A DNA stretch of 64,000 nt. It comes from an uncultured Methanosarcinaceae archaeon (GTDB lineage Archaea > Halobacteriota > Methanosarcinia > Methanosarcinales > Methanosarcinaceae). Both the position numbers and the translations under genes were made by a program. Positions within the stretch are counted from its first letter, which is position 1. Each line of letters starts with the position of its first letter. Positions 30,447 to 41,185 of this stretch are shown in pieces. The stretch spans positions 64,001 to 128,000 of the forward strand of contig CAWHXP010000005.1 in NCBI GenBank assembly GCA_963833425.1, given 5' to 3'. The notes below the pieces were generated by a model that was not told where the DNA came from, ran no database searches, and saw only the letters and a program-made list of their open reading frames with translations.

Positions 30447-32639
30447 GGAGATTTTGGATCTGAATAGAGGCTATTGAGGTGCTGTTGTACCGCCGGTGAG
30501 GTCTGGTGGTCCTATATAGTCTTATGTATAGTAGTGAACATTATGGGTATGGTAGTGAACCGCCTTGTACAAACAATCTAAAAATAGCAAAACAGAGAAA
30601 AATCACTAAGTGTGAATTAAATAAAAAATAGTCGGATTTCCATTTTTATTAAATGGAAGCGGGGATTGCAACGACGAACTTAGATCCTTGCTTTGATAAT
30701 CCTAAATTGTGGGGGCCTGATGCCCCTGATTATAGTTTCAAAACTAAATCTGAGTTAAGTCGCTGTCGATCTAAAATAAATGTATGGAAATTTTGAAACA
30801 GAATATAGTTAATTATATCGAATTTATGAAAATTCTATAAAATCGATAAAAAAGGAATTGGCTATATTACATTCACGAGTATAATGCAGGGTATCCACTT
30901 CTGAAACAGTGGGTATCCGACATTATAGTCATGAAATGAGACAACAATTAATAGCAGATTTGTAAAACATAAAAGCAAGTTGGACTGGGAATTAACCGCT
31001 TTTGTTCAACATCAATTAGGTATGCGTTTTTCTACATTTTTGAGTTTGTGAGTTAGGTACTAATGAATAAACTAGTAACAGAAAGTTGATATTGAGAATA
31101 TACTTGTATTTATAGCAAAATCTATGTAAGGATCGATATTATATTTATCAATATTTTATCAAATGAGAAAAATGAAGTTATAAAGCACCAAAAGTTTCCT
31201 ATTGGTCTTAAACTTGTAGATGGAGCATAAAAAGAATATCAAAAACACTTCCCCTAGTTCTTTTCTCAAAATCTTTTTATGGCATTGAAAAATTAATTTT
31301 TTGATTCAATTTATTCATATTTTTAGTTTTGTTTAGAGATTATATAATTATTATCCCTTATTTTTCGATTAGGATGGTTTTTAGGCTAATTATTTCCAAG
31401 TATCCCATAGCTCCATATGTTCTATGAGTCCCATAAGCTCCATGAATAATAGATCACAATGTTTTCTTATTTCAGATGGAAATTAAGAAATTCAGAGATC
31501 TGATCCCAAAATCTATGTATAAGTAAAAAAGAAAGACAAAAACTTTGTCAGCATAACAATTAACTCTGAATTCTTTTTCTGTTGTTAAAGAAAGGGATTG
31601 AGAACAATCACATTTTATATAACTTTTGGTAAACTGTCAAATGAATCGCAGAGTCAAAATAATAGCGTATATTCTAATAATTTGTGAATTTAAACCTCTC
31701 ATTGAGGTGTGTATATGATCGAAAACATAAAGCATTTTATGCTATTCGTCAAAGAATATGATGAGGTGCTTGACTTTTAGATTAATAAACTTGGCTTTGT
31801 AAGAATCACATATATTAACCCGACACCAAAATGGCGTTTTTTGTCCGTCGCCCCAAAAAACCAAGTATGAAAATAATTCTCCATTGCCCAACGCATCAAT
31901 GGATGGCAAAGCCGAAGCAGAGAAGCAGGCTGGACTCATAGGGAAAATCGCCTCCTGATGTTTAAAGTAGATGATTGAAGACGTGCAATGAGCTAAGATC
32001 GAAAGGCGTACTGATCGTAATGGAGCCGAGAAGGCGTCTATTGGTATGGCGTGTATCGTGGATATATATCCGCCGTGGCTCATCGAGCATCCAGAGTAAA
32101 AAAAAAATCATACAATAAATTAAGTTGTTTTTATCTTTTGATGGCTGTTTACCGAAAATTCTGTAAATTTTGAGTCAAATTTTTGCATTCTGTTTGTAAT
32201 TTTATTCTTTCGGTATGGAATTTTCTACCAGTAACTTCTTCAGATTTCCAGTTTTGCGGAAAAATTGGCATACTGCACAGCGAACAGAAAAATGTCTCGG
32301 TTATTTTATAGCAAAACTATGCATCGAAAAGATCAAAAAGTCTTATGTGTCCTTTGATTAAGGCTCGATATTGGTAAGATAGAGCCTGTTATAAAGATAA
32401 TTCATTTTATTTTTAAAAATATAACAGGAATTAAGAAAGTAAAAAACAGTTCTACAGTAAATCCAGAAGATGAAATTAACAAACTGAGGAAATTAATTTA
32501 GAGAAAAGTCGAGATTCAGTTAAAAGAAAATAGTGAATTCAATGGATTTTGGAATCGTATCCACTCGTTGGTATTTTGATCGATACAAATGAATCAGAAT
32601 CAGAAAAAGGACACTTCCAAAAATGGAAATCTCAAAATT

Positions 32640-33177
32640 GGAATCTTACATAAAGGCATTCATCGATAGTCAAGGATATACAAACATACCCTCACTGGGC
32701 CATGAATGCTGCATGAACAGTATGTATAGGTATCGTTTTGTTTTTAAACTTAAGATCGTGTGTGCGCAAGCATTGCCAATCAGGGTACATGTGAATCCAA
32801 GCTCTTTTGCAGCCTTGATAGCAGTGTCTATATATATGGCGTATTGCTCCGCAAGCTACAAGGTTAGTTACATGCTTTTCTTCCATTTTGGAGAGGAGTT
32901 CGTTATGAAAAAAGTGTTAGGAAAATGTTCCTCAATGACAGCTTCTCTGGAAGAGGAATAAGGTCGCATGAAAATCTATTCTCAGAGTTTCGTGTATAAA
33001 GAAGTAGTCTTTGGTCTCTTAAACAAATGTTTGACAAGAAAACCAGCTTATCTGAAGTACGGAATATTTTAAGGAATTCTGTTGCCTTTTCTACTGCTTC
33101 TTTCATGTTTACAAGTTCCATCTCGCCGCCTGAAAAATAGCCATATTGGATATCAATAAGTAGAAAAGTTTTTTCAT
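32640..33177 (-). pseudogene. Isochorismatase-family cysteine hydrolase, multiply frameshifted
   Basis: Fragments LLIDIQYGYFSGGEMELVNM, EEHFPNTFF, VTNLVACGA and THDLKFKNKTIPIHTVHAAFMA lie in different frames. Confidence 0.75.
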
Positions 33178-33407
33178 ACTACTGAATGGAGCTTCCAACA
33201 GTAATATTTCTGATTGTTTAATTCAGTTGAGTGCCCTGAAGATTGCTGCGGAGATGAAAACAACAAAATTTTTAGAATTGAAAGTAAGTAATTTAGAACA
33301 GATGATCAAACCTTGGGTAACTTTGATTTGTTTTGGTATCTATTTTTACATAGTTACGCGTTCTAATGATCAACCGATTTGTTTATAATAAATTGTACAG
33401 TATCCTT

Positions 33408-34505
33408 CTATTTCAACAGGGTTCTGGAGTTGATAAAGCTACTCCGGATCATGTGGTCTGCAAGAACAAGGGCAACCATGGCTTCAGCAACTGGTACCAT
33501 ACGCGGAGGGATTGTAGGATCATGCCGTCCTTGGATCATTATTTTAGTGTTTTCTAGGGTCTTGAGATCAACAGTTTGCTGAAGTTTTCCTATGGAAGGA
33601 GTAGGCTTTACTGCAGCCCTGCAAACGATATTCATCCCCGTTGAAATTCCTCCAAGAATACCACCTGCATTATTGCTAATACAAGTGATTTTTCCATCCT
33701 CGATTCGGAAATGATCATTCATTTCACTTCCACGCATATGGGCAGCCTCAAATCCGGCTCCGATTTCAAAGCCCTTAATTGCAGGAATACTCATAAGTGC
33801 TTTTGCGAGGTCCGCGTCCAGCCGATCAAACACAGGTTCTCCTAAGCCTGAAGGAACACCTTTTGCAATAACTTCGACAATGCCACCGACGCTGTCTCCT
33901 CCGTGCTTAAGGTCTGCAACTTTTTCAAGCATTTTTTTGGCAGCTTCAGGATCGGCACATCTCACATGGTTTTTTTCTACATTTTCAAGTATTTCTTCAA
34001 AAGAAAGAGTTTTAGCCCGAATACCCCCTAGTTCGAGTACATGTCCGACAATCTGGATCCCAAATGTGGAAAGCAGGAGTTTTGCGAGGGCTCCACCTGC
34101 AACTCTGCCTATTGTTTCACGAGCTGAAGATCTGCCACCTCCTCTGTGATCCCTTATCCCGTAACGGACTATATAGGTAAAATCAGCATGCCCAGGGCGA
34201 GGAGTATTTTTAAGATCATCATAAGCCGAGGACTTTACATCCGCATTCCACACCAGCATAGAAATGGGAGTGCCTGTGCTAACTCCTTCGTAAACACCTG
34301 AAAGTATATCAACTCTGTCAGCCTCATTTCTTGGAGTGGAAACTTCACTCTGTCCAGGGCGCCTTCTGTCCAGCTCCTTCTGAATATCAATTTCTGAAAA
34401 AGAGAGTCCGGCAGGTAATCCGTCTACCACAACTCCTACAGCCCTGCCGTGGGATTCGCCCCATGTGGTAATTCGAAACATCTGCCCAAAAACATTTCCA
34501 GCCAT
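33408..34505 (-). CDS. aroC: Chorismate synthase
   Basis: [31 protein letters not shown] and GRHDP motifs. Start set at MAGNVFG. Confidence 0.97.
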   Translation of the reverse strand: MAGNVFGQMFRITTWGESHGRAVGVVVDGLPAGLSFSEIDIQKELDRRRPGQSEVSTPRNEADRVDILSGVYEGVSTGTPISMLVWNADVKSSAYDDLKNTPRPGHADFTYIVRYGIRDHRGGGRSSARETIGRVAGGALAKLLLSTFGIQIVGHVLELGGIRAKTLSFEEILENVEKNHVRCADPEAAKKMLEKVADLKHGGDSVGGIVEVIAKGVPSGLGEPVFDRLDADLAKALMSIPAIKGFEIGAGFEAAHMRGSEMNDHFRIEDGKITCISNNAGGILGGISTGMNIVCRAAVKPTPSIGKLQQTVDLKTLENTKIMIQGRHDPTIPPRMVPVAEAMVALVLADHMIRSSFINSRTLLK

Positions 34506-35379
34506 AATATTAACTTGCTTTTTTGCTATTTGATTCTTGAGGTTATTGCAAGGGAGGCTCAATACTCACAAATAATTCAGAAATTATCCCCGTAATTTCT
34601 CCATCATCTTTTTGTTGATCCTTCGATAGATAAGGGTTATTTCCGAGAGGTATTTCAGTAAGCTGTGTAAGCTACAACCTGCTACTTTATTAGAAGAACT
34701 GGTGCATGTTGTGCTTTTATTTTTGCAACCTGTTTCTGTGTATAATTTTTAGCTTGACCAGATATTGTCTTGTCTCAAAATAACTTTGATAATCTTTCCC
34801 AAAATATTTCTTATAGATTCTCAAAACAATATTCTTACCCACTTTCCAAAGATGTACATAATAATGCCATCTATTTCCTCAATATGACAGTAACTTAAAA
34901 ATTGATCTAAGTTTCAATAATAGTGGGCAAATAGGCAAACAAATTCGACATTAATATATACTACAGGATATTGGTTACTAAAAACACCGAATATTTTCGA
35001 TATCTTCGTGCTCCCATTTTACCGGTTCACCTATATTGTTATACTTTATCCGTTCAGTTCTCTTGTTCATTTATATTCATTATTCAAAGGCCCGATAGGA
35101 AATTTATCCAAGAATCTCTAAGTGCAATTTCTGACATGAAGATTTGTAGAGAACAAAAATTAATTAAGATGATGGACAACTGAATTGTAATAGCACAAAA
35201 AGGTGTATCTCCTTTTGTCTATAAGCATGACCTATCACTTAGAAAATAATTTTTGCTACTTTTATGAAAAAATATTATCGTTTGAACAGTAATTATCAGT
35301 TTTTAGTTTGACAAAATTATTTAAATTATGAGTCAACAAAAATAGTTTTGTTCTTCTAACCTCATAAAATAACATTTTT

Positions 35380-36057
35380 TCACTTCTCTATAAATATCGC
35401 ACTGGAAGGACATAGATCCTTCAAAACACATATTTCACATTTAGGTTTTTTTGCCTGGCAGATTTTTCTCCCATGATAAATCAGGATCATGGAGATTGAA
35501 TCAAGCTCCTCCTTTGGTATAAGGGATACCAAATCAGCCTCGATTTTCTCAGGATCGGAATTCTTTGTAAAGTTTAATCTCCTTGATACTCTTTTTACAT
35601 GTGTATCGACAGCTATGCCCTCTATTACTCCAAATGCCCTCGCAAGCACTATATTTGCTGTTTTTCTCCCGACTCCAGGTAAAGTAACAAGTTCTTCCAT
35701 TGTCTCAGGAACTTTTCCATTATAGTACTCGACGATCATTCTTGCAGCACCTTTGATATTTATTGCTTTATTTTTGTAAAAACCGGTAGAATAAATATCA
35801 TTCTCAAGTTCGATGATATCTGCATTTGCATAATCATTTGCAGTACTGTATTTTTTAAACAACTTCTCAGTTACCCTGTTAATCTGGACATCTGTAGATT
35901 GGGCAGATAGAATAGTTGCTATAAGAAGCTCTAGAGGGTTACGATAATTGAGGGAAGGCTTCGCATCAGGGTACGTCTTCTTAAGAATAGCTAAACAGAC
36001 CTGTACTCTTCGTATCTCATCAGAATTACTATTAGCCGTAGAGTATTTCGGGAGCAT
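35380..36057 (-). CDS. nth: Endonuclease III (start uncertain; ORF open to 36123)
   Basis: LSAQSTD, HhH LPGVGRKTAN, AVDTHV and C-x6-C-x2-C-x5-C Fe-S motif. Confidence 0.95.
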   Translation of the reverse strand: MLPKYSTANSNSDEIRRVQVCLAILKKTYPDAKPSLNYRNPLELLIATILSAQSTDVQINRVTEKLFKKYSTANDYANADIIELENDIYSTGFYKNKAINIKGAARMIVEYYNGKVPETMEELVTLPGVGRKTANIVLARAFGVIEGIAVDTHVKRVSRRLNFTKNSDPEKIEADLVSLIPKEELDSISMILIYHGRKICQAKKPKCEICVLKDLCPSSAIFIEK

Positions 36058-37015
36058 CAAGAATAAATTTGAATTGAATGCTGATAAATTTTTGCCCGAA
36101 AATTCAAATCTTTTAAAGAACATTGGAGGAGAATTTAGACAATGGATTTATTACTGGCACCATAATCAATCACTATAAGCATATGACAAAATTTAGGAGC
36201 TTATTAAAATCCTCTACAAGTAATCCTTCAAAAATTCTTATAAAATGTGATTTCAGTCACATGTTATGTGATCGAATTGAACAAAAAAACGATACTAAGC
36301 TATGTAGAAATCATCTAAGTTGTTCATTTTCCTCCTCTTTTCAAAACATTGTATTACGATATATCCCCATACTTTTCCTACAAAAAACGAAAAATCTAAA
36401 TGTCATGTGATAAGTAAAGACATGATTAAGAAAGAATTCATTCACTGATTAGATAGGAAATAAGATCAGGTTTAATAATAGTGTAAGAAAAAATAGAATA
36501 AAATTTTGGGGAAATTAGAAGACAGCTGCACTTAATCTTTGATAAAATTAAATACTATCAAAGGAATATAGTGGAGACAACGTTCTCTATTGTCAAAAGG
36601 AAGTTTGGATAGTACTCCTGACAAGAAAGTTCCATAATAAGTCAAATAAATAAAACGGAAACTGCTGGTCTGTAACGTAAACAAAAAGATAGTCGAGATA
36701 ATTTGCATTAAATTAAATATTTCTACAGACCGTTTTTAGATAATTATGTTCTACCTTGCAATGTAGTTTTGTTAGAGTTTGTATCAGAACTGAGTTTAAT
36801 TTTACTATACAGTAACTATTTTGTAAATTAAAATGTTGTTATTTTGAGAATATATTAAAATTTATATAAAATTAATAACTAAAAGCAATGTAACAATGAG
36901 TTTAATAAATAAAAAATATAATTTTTCAGCAGAAATTTTTTTCGTGAATTATGCATTAAATTCATTTTTGTAGTTATATTCAAGCATCAATACCTGACAC
37001 ATCAAGAGGCCGAAA

Positions 37016-38608
37016 ATGAAAAAAGTGAGATATGATAAAGCAAGTAGAGGGTATAACCTAGTAAAGGCTTTTGGAATCACTTTACTGGCGCTTTTTATAC
37101 TAGTTAGTATCGCCGGAGCAGTGCCATTTACAGATATTCCGGATACCAGCAGCAACAATGTCTCTAATTTAAATAAGTCTGATGAAGCAATAAGAATATA
37201 TGACGAAGCAAATGAAATTAACTCGCAGGATGCACAAGCTTTAGACAGTAAAGGAATTGCTCTGGATTATTTAAATAAATCTGATGAAGCAATAAAACCA
37301 TATTGCAAAGCGATTGGGATTAATCTGCAGGATTCGAAAATTTTGGACAATAAAGGAAAAATCCTTTCTGACCTAACTAAATCCAATGAAACATTAAAAG
37401 AATCTGACAAAGCAAACAACTCTGATGAAGAAACAAAAGAATATAACAAAGCAAACAACTCTGATGAAGCAATAAAAGCATTTGACAAAGCAATTGAAAT
37501 AAATCCGCAGGATTCAGATGCTTGGATCTATAAGGGAAATGTTCTTTCTGATTTAAATAAATTCGATGAAGCAATAAAAGCATATGAAAAAGCGATCGAA
37601 ATTAACCCGAATAATTCAGATGCTTGGTACAACAAAGGAAATACACTATATGCTCTAAATAAATCCAATGAAGCAATAAAAGCATACGACGAAGCAATTA
37701 AAATTAACCCGCATTATTTAAAAGCGTGGGAAGGTAAAGGAGTGGCTTTTGACAATTTAAACAAGCCTGTAGAAGCAATAAAAGCATATGACAAAGCAAT
37801 TGAAATCAATCCGCAATATTCAATGGCTTGGAGTAATAAAGGAAGCTCTCTAAATCATTTAAATAAATCCGATGAAGCAATAAAAGCATATGACAAAGCA
37901 ATTGGAATTGATCCACAGAATTCAAGAGCTTGGAACAACAAAGGTATAGCTCTAGTGAAATTAGATAAATTAGACGAAGCAGTAAAAAATTTTGATAAAG
38001 CACTTGAAATTAACCCACAGGATCCAGATGCTTTGTATAATAAAGGAATTGCGCTATATAAATTAAATAAATTTGATGAAGCAAGCAAAACATATGACAA
38101 AGCGATTGAAATTAACCCTCTTTCAAATACATGGGCCAATAAAGGAAATGCTTTAAATAAACTTAATAAATTCGATGAAGCGATAAAAGCTTATGAAAAA
38201 GCAATTGAAATTAATCCCCAAAATTCGGTGGCTTGGTACAATAAAGGAAAATCTCTAGATAACTTAAATAAATCCGATGAAGCATTAAATGCATTTGACA
38301 GAGCACTTGAAATTAACCCGCACGATTCAGAAACTTGGAACTGCAAAGGCTATGCTCTGCATAAATTAAATAAATCCAATGAAGCGATAAAAGCATTTGA
38401 TAAAGCAATTGAAATTAATCCCCAAAATTCAATGGCTTGGTACAATAAAGGAAATGTTCTATCTGACCTAAGTAAATCAGATGAAGCAATAAAAGCATAC
38501 GACAAAGCAATTGAAATTGATCCCCAAAATTCAATGGCTTGGTATAAAAAAAGACTTGCTTTACATATTCTCACATCAACAACAAGTATAAATCAATCCT
38601 TAACTTAA
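37016..38608 (+). CDS. Secreted TPR repeat protein
   Basis: Signal peptide followed by about a dozen 34-aa TPRs AWxNKGxxLxxLNKxDEAIKAYDKAIEINP. Confidence 0.9.
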   Translation: MKKVRYDKASRGYNLVKAFGITLLALFILVSIAGAVPFTDIPDTSSNNVSNLNKSDEAIRIYDEANEINSQDAQALDSKGIALDYLNKSDEAIKPYCKAIGINLQDSKILDNKGKILSDLTKSNETLKESDKANNSDEETKEYNKANNSDEAIKAFDKAIEINPQDSDAWIYKGNVLSDLNKFDEAIKAYEKAIEINPNNSDAWYNKGNTLYALNKSNEAIKAYDEAIKINPHYLKAWEGKGVAFDNLNKPVEAIKAYDKAIEINPQYSMAWSNKGSSLNHLNKSDEAIKAYDKAIGIDPQNSRAWNNKGIALVKLDKLDEAVKNFDKALEINPQDPDALYNKGIALYKLNKFDEASKTYDKAIEINPLSNTWANKGNALNKLNKFDEAIKAYEKAIEINPQNSVAWYNKGKSLDNLNKSDEALNAFDRALEINPHDSETWNCKGYALHKLNKSNEAIKAFDKAIEINPQNSMAWYNKGNVLSDLSKSDEAIKAYDKAIEIDPQNSMAWYKKRLALHILTSTTSINQSLT

Positions 38609-39844
38609 AAAACACCATCGAACTTGACTCAAATATAAAGAAAAAACAAAGAAGATGACGATTTTAAAAGATTATTGAAGTACGAACAATCTAGAGAACT
38701 TATTAAGTAAAACTAAATTATTTTTGAAATTATTTACGCTTAAGATCTTGAAATTGTATACTCACGAAAAAGATGGAAAGACATGGGAAAACTTTTTTAT
38801 TCCTTTTCTCCTGTATTGCGTGAACAATAGTACTTTATAGGGACTTTAAATCCTGTCGCATCACTTGCCGTAATATAGACCCAGGTATTCATGTTAGTAG
38901 AAAAATTTTAAAATTTTTGACAAAACAAGATTGAACAAAGAAGAGGAAATTCTGAATACAACTTTTGAATCTTAGTGAAATGGGGAGTCTTATTAAGATC
39001 GAATTTTTCTTCTGTATCGTTCATTAGGTAAATAAGTTATACAAAATCATGATACTCTGTGCTGAGATGCCACTTCAATAAAACCAGAACAAAAAAAATT
39101 GATGCCGGGTATTAACATGCTTGGAATATTTGCAGAAACAAATGTCATTCTGAAAGCTTTAACAGTTTTAAGGCTGACTGAACAAATTTTATGTACTTAT
39201 TCGATTTCAATATTGTATTCCTTCGTTTTTAGTAGGAAAAGTATGGGGATATATCATAATACAATGTATGAAAAGAGGAGGAAAATGAACAACTTAGATG
39301 ATTTCTACAGAGTCACAAAATGGTAAACGCGAAAGGAAGGAAACATAGAACCGTTTTCAGGATCTTCTGTGCTGTTGGTGAATCCATGCCCCTAAGTGTA
39401 TTAAGTGTTAATTTTCACTGTAAAGATTATAAAAAGCGAATTAGCAACACTATTAAAAACGTCCAAAATAACTTAAGGGTTATCTACAATTAGTTGCTTC
39501 ATCTTCCAGTAATTAAGTTCCCCGTGTAAAGAATGTTCTCGTTTTAACTCATTGAAACAGATCCACCCTAAATAACCTCAATGAAGGCAGAACAAAAAGA
39601 CCGGATAATAGCTCAAAATGCATTTTGGAAATAAAATCAACCAAATTATAGAGGATTATCAACTCTAAAAATGGCAATTTTTTTATCTCATCTTGAATTT
39701 AAAATAATTACTAAAGATTTGGGTTCCTACTCAATAAATTTGGAATAGAACCTTATTTTCTGAACAGATTTTACCTAAAAAAGTGTTGCATCCATTCTTC
39801 TTCACTCAACAATTATATATGATTCCTTAAAGTATCTTCCATTT

Positions 39845-41185
39845 ATGACTCTTGAGCCCGTTCATATGCATAAGATCTCGGAGTTTGCAAAAAGAATCGA
39901 TCGATCGTTTGAGCTTGAGGATCCTAAGGCAGGTACTGATATTTATAATCTCCTTGATGAGTTGAAACTTGATGGAAAAGTTATTCTTAAGTCTATAGAC
40001 AGGCTCTTTCGAGGAATTGTCAAGACTGGGTTGATGTCACAGGGTGCAGACCCGTATCCGGTTACTTATGCCTGTGACAGTGGAAGCACAAATCCAAGAA
40101 CTTATGACAGCGGACTTTTTGTGGACTTCTGCCATTGCGGGCTGGCTGCAACACCTTCTGATCTTGATATCCTGAAATACAGGACAATTGTATGTGCTGC
40201 TTATTCCTCTTCACAGAGAGCGACTATGCAAGCTACAGAAGGCTGGGAAATCTTTGATGAAGGGTTTGGAAGGGCTAAGTTGGTCACAATTGCAGCTGAC
40301 GAGGTGAAAAAAAAAACATCTGATATGGTCCATAATTTTGCAATGTACCTGGCTGAATCCGAGCATATCCTTTTTATGACGGACAAAGTGAATCCCGAAA
40401 GCTTTTTCATAATGGACGGACCGATTTATCCAAAGCAGCTCATGTACTGGATGGTGCTGGATGACAAGGAAGTAAAAATCCGACAAAACGACAATGCCCG
40501 AAAAATACTCCAGAATTACATTGACATCATGGACAATTTTCTGGAAAAACGGAGGCCTTTAATCGGATTTGTAAAAAATCCTATTGACAAGCAAATTATG
40601 GACAGTATTCGGAAGAAGAGGATAGCTATTGAACTACCCTGGACGCTTGACTCCCAATTTTTCCGAAATATTCTCTCCCCAGAAAAAATTGATAGTAAAT
40701 GTGGAAAGAGGCATGCTGGTAGAAATTCAAAAAATAATTGGAAAAATGGCATATATAATGGTTCCAGGAGTACTTACATTACTTATACTAACTGGTTTTT
40801 ACAGCCTAATAAGTTTTATGAGAGGCTACTTAATGGAACTTCACCCCTTGCAGCTGGTGATACGCTTCAACAAAAACTCCGGCACAGTTTTCCAGCTGAA
40901 GATTACGCCCTTTGTTTTTTCATGCTTTATGTACCCTCTAAGGATGTGGTCTTCAAGGTAGAAACTCCTTATGGGCTTATTAAGGACAATTTCCTGCGCA
41001 TGCAAATTACCAAAAAAGTGCTTTTTGATCTTTCTCTACATGGCTTTCCTCTTACCCTCACAAAAGTAGACAATCTCTCAAAAATTAGGAAAGTGGAGCG
41101 GCAAGAGATCGATAAATTCTTTGGAAATATGAATCCTGATTTAAATTATAATGATACTCGATGGGGCAATATTATTGAAATATGA
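39845..41185 (+). CDS. nurA: NurA-family nuclease
   Basis: ACDSGS, IMDGPIYP and GFVK acidic motifs; overlaps the downstream HerA-like ATPase. Confidence 0.8.
   Translation: MTLEPVHMHKISEFAKRIDRSFELEDPKAGTDIYNLLDELKLDGKVILKSIDRLFRGIVKTGLMSQGADPYPVTYACDSGSTNPRTYDSGLFVDFCHCGLAATPSDLDILKYRTIVCAAYSSSQRATMQATEGWEIFDEGFGRAKLVTIAADEVKKKTSDMVHNFAMYLAESEHILFMTDKVNPESFFIMDGPIYPKQLMYWMVLDDKEVKIRQNDNARKILQNYIDIMDNFLEKRRPLIGFVKNPIDKQIMDSIRKKRIAIELPWTLDSQFFRNILSPEKIDSKCGKRHAGRNSKNNWKNGIYNGSRSTYITYTNWFLQPNKFYERLLNGTSPLAAGDTLQQKLRHSFPAEDYALCFFMLYVPSKDVVFKVETPYGLIKDNFLRMQITKKVLFDLSLHGFPLTLTKVDNLSKIRKVERQEIDKFFGNMNPDLNYNDTRWGNIIEI

Noticed and set aside
30890..30920. GGGTATCCAC-N10-GTGGGTATCC hairpin as an ncRNA
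   Set aside because: A single isolated stem with no promoter or family evidence.
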